A stretch of 64,000 nucleotides of DNA from Malacoraja senta (taxonomy: Eukaryota), in contig CM075996.1 of assembly GCA_038087875.1 (NCBI GenBank), positions 1 to 64,000 on the forward strand, in the 5' to 3' direction. Positions within the stretch are counted from its first letter, which is position 1, and each line of letters opens with the position of its first letter. This document shows, piece by piece, positions 56,561-64,000 of the stretch. The notes below the pieces were generated by a model. That model had not been told where the DNA came from. It made no database searches and saw only the letters and a list, made by a program, of their open reading frames with translations. The position numbers were made by a program, and so were the translations under genes.

Positions 56561-57408
56561 TGGGGAGTAACAGTAGACCAGGCAGCATCTCTGGAGAAAA
56601 TGGATGGGTAACGTTTTGGGTTAAGACCTTTCGGAGGACATGGTGAACAGACCTGTGGACAATGGTGGGATGGGAGCCGAACTGCTGTCAGGCATCCCTA
56701 GTATGGAATGGGGGATGTAGATGATTTGGACACCAGTTTGAACCGAGAACTGTAAGTGTTGGAGGACATCACAAATGTCGCAGCTGTAGATGGAAGGAAA
56801 TTGCATTGGGGTAAATTCAGGTTCTTTATTATCACATGTAGCAAGGTGCATTGAAATTCTTCTCATCAGACAAGACCGGGCTAAAAGATGCGGTTAGTGG
56901 GGAGCAAAATGTTGTAGAGGGTCAGGCGGTCTCTGTGATGAGAGAGGATGAATCTTTCACGTTGATGGTGTTTTAGCAAAATGAGGGTCAGTTTGTGGAC
57001 AGGACGGGAGGGTGTTGGGGAGGGGGGAGGAGGGAGGAATGAGGAATGCCGCCAGCTGCGGGGATCCAGCGGGTCGAGACCCCGAGGTAGCACCTGGCGA
57101 AGCGACCCACCCATCCTCCGGGCCGGAGGTAGCGGGCAGCCAGAGCTTTGAGGGGGAGTCGCGCCCCGGGTGTACTCTGACGCCCGGTTATTGACCGAGA
57201 ATAACAAACACGGAATGTGCATGACCGGACGCCCCTGGTTACCTGGTCCCGGCGCAAGATGGCGGACAGCGCCCCTGGCAACGCGGCGCAGGCAGTGACG
57301 TCAGCAGAGGAGCCGGCAACCTCTGACCCGGAAGCTGTGGCGCAGTCCTTCGGCGCCCGTTGCTGAGGAAGGAGTTGGTGTGAGGACGCTGCCGCTGCCG
57401 CCGTCATC

Positions 57409-62764
<5,356 letters not shown>

Positions 62765-62845
62765 CCATTGCCTTCCCATCAATCACTTTGCACACGTTTT
62801 CACTATTTAAATGTAGTTATATTTTTAATTCTACACATTTTATAA

Positions 62846-62851
62846 AATAAA
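62846..62851 (+). terminator. POLR2F polyadenylation signal (second AATAAA at 62883-62888)
   Basis: AATAAA ~80 nt after the stop codon. Confidence 0.7.
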
Positions 62852-63154
62852 CTATGATTTCTGTTGACTCTTCTGCAAAGCAAATAAATCAGCAGATGCT
62901 GGAATCTCACCAAAACAGAAATGTTGGGAGAACTCAGCTGGGACAGTGAGATGGAGGCTCCATGATCTCTATCTGAATAATCTGGGCGAACAGTCTTGGA
63001 CCTTTATCAACAGAAGTGTAGAATAAAAAGGAAGTGAAATCATACTGAACCTTTTTAAAGCATTGGGCCAGTCTCAGTTATTCTGGGAGAGTTTGATGGG
63101 ACAGCTCTTCCTATCGGAGAGAGCTTTAGTCTGTCTCCTGTCTCCAATCTGACA

Positions 63155-63298
63155 GTCATAGCCGTACAGTATGGAAACAGGCCCTTTGGCCCAACTTGCC
63201 CATGCCGACCAAGGTGCCCCATCTACACTAGTCCCACCTGCCTGCTTTTGGCCCATATATCTATAAACCTTTCCTATTGAGGTACCTGTCCAATGCCT
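63155..63298 (-). mobile_element. CR1 3' fragment
   Basis: atggaaacaggccctttggccc...ggcccatat tail. Confidence 0.7.
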
Positions 63299-63601
63299 TT
63301 TGATGCCTTGAGACGATGGATGCTTGTAGCATGTGTCTTCTGCCTGGGTGTCTATATTGCAGCAGTCTATTTACAGGGTGCAATGGAGCTCAAAACAAGC
63401 CTTGTCCTCTGTTCAATAGCTCACACAATCTGTGCCGATGGGATTTTCTATAAACGTTAAGGCAGCCCCCAGCAAAATTTGTAGGAGCCTTGATCAACAA
63501 CTATTTTTCACAACCGATGGTGTTGAGATAAATGCCGGTGAGACACGTTTTGCCATTGGCCCTGGTTTGGATCTAGTTGTCAAATTCCAAATTGCTCTTC
63601 T

Positions 63602-63633
63602 TGGCGCCCTCCAGTGGCCACCGGGTGGTACTG
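63602..63633. promoter_or_regulatory. Divergent overlapping CTCF-like motifs
   Basis: Minus TGGCCACTGGAGGGCGCCA (63602-63620) and plus TGGCCACCGGGTGGTACTG (63615-63633). Confidence 0.5.
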
Positions 63634-64000
63634 TCCTGGCTGCCTCTGGCCAGCAACACACAATAGAACTTGGGAGCAAAATTAGGCCATTCGGCCCATC
63701 GAGTCTGCTCCGCACCTTGTTCCCAATCACAGCAGCAACCTCCGTGGATGACCAGGCGTGAAATAGGACCAGCTGCCCAAATATCGCAGCGGTATCGGCG
63801 CTTATCCTGGGTTCTCGAGCAACATATTCCCTTCTAAGTGTCCTTTCAAATAGCACTAGATACACGAGTATGACATTCTAGGCCAATAGTTCCCTTTGCC
63901 AAATTATAATCACGCCTCACCTTGTAACCTGCCTGCCAATGTGGAGCATCTGTAACAAAAACACAAATCCAGTCAGTTTTACATTTTATAAGGAGTATGA

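Noticed and set aside
63432-63865. Overlapping ORFs near the window end as SOX10 or another gene
   Set aside because: No HMG-box or other recognisable protein motif; partly repeat-derived.

Overview
Eukaryotic window from a cartilaginous fish, probably a skate or ray (inferred from V-SINE/HE1-type SINEs, CR1 LINEs and Penelope-derived repeats). It holds two + strand spliced genes. The first is 19 coding exons of TNRC6B (GW182 family miRNA effector; 3453-43656, N-terminal exons upstream of the window), followed by an apparent ~11 kb 3' UTR enriched in miR-30 seed sites. The second is the complete 5-exon POLR2F (RPB6, 127 aa; 57409-62764) with a CpG-island promoter. Introns carry many, often nested, mobile elements: a tandem non-autonomous Helitron pair, two dead Tc1 copies sharing the same stop codons, a hAT-like relic, V-SINEs, CR1, Rex1/Babar, a DeuSINE and palindromic Penelope-derived insertions with hammerhead-ribozyme cores. 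The standout is a 145-bp TSD-flanked retroposon (38808-38952, minus strand) whose first 54 nt fold into a complete, minimal CPEB3/HDV-like self-cleaving ribozyme starting exactly at the element's 5' end. All calls come from manual reading; no database search or folding software was run.
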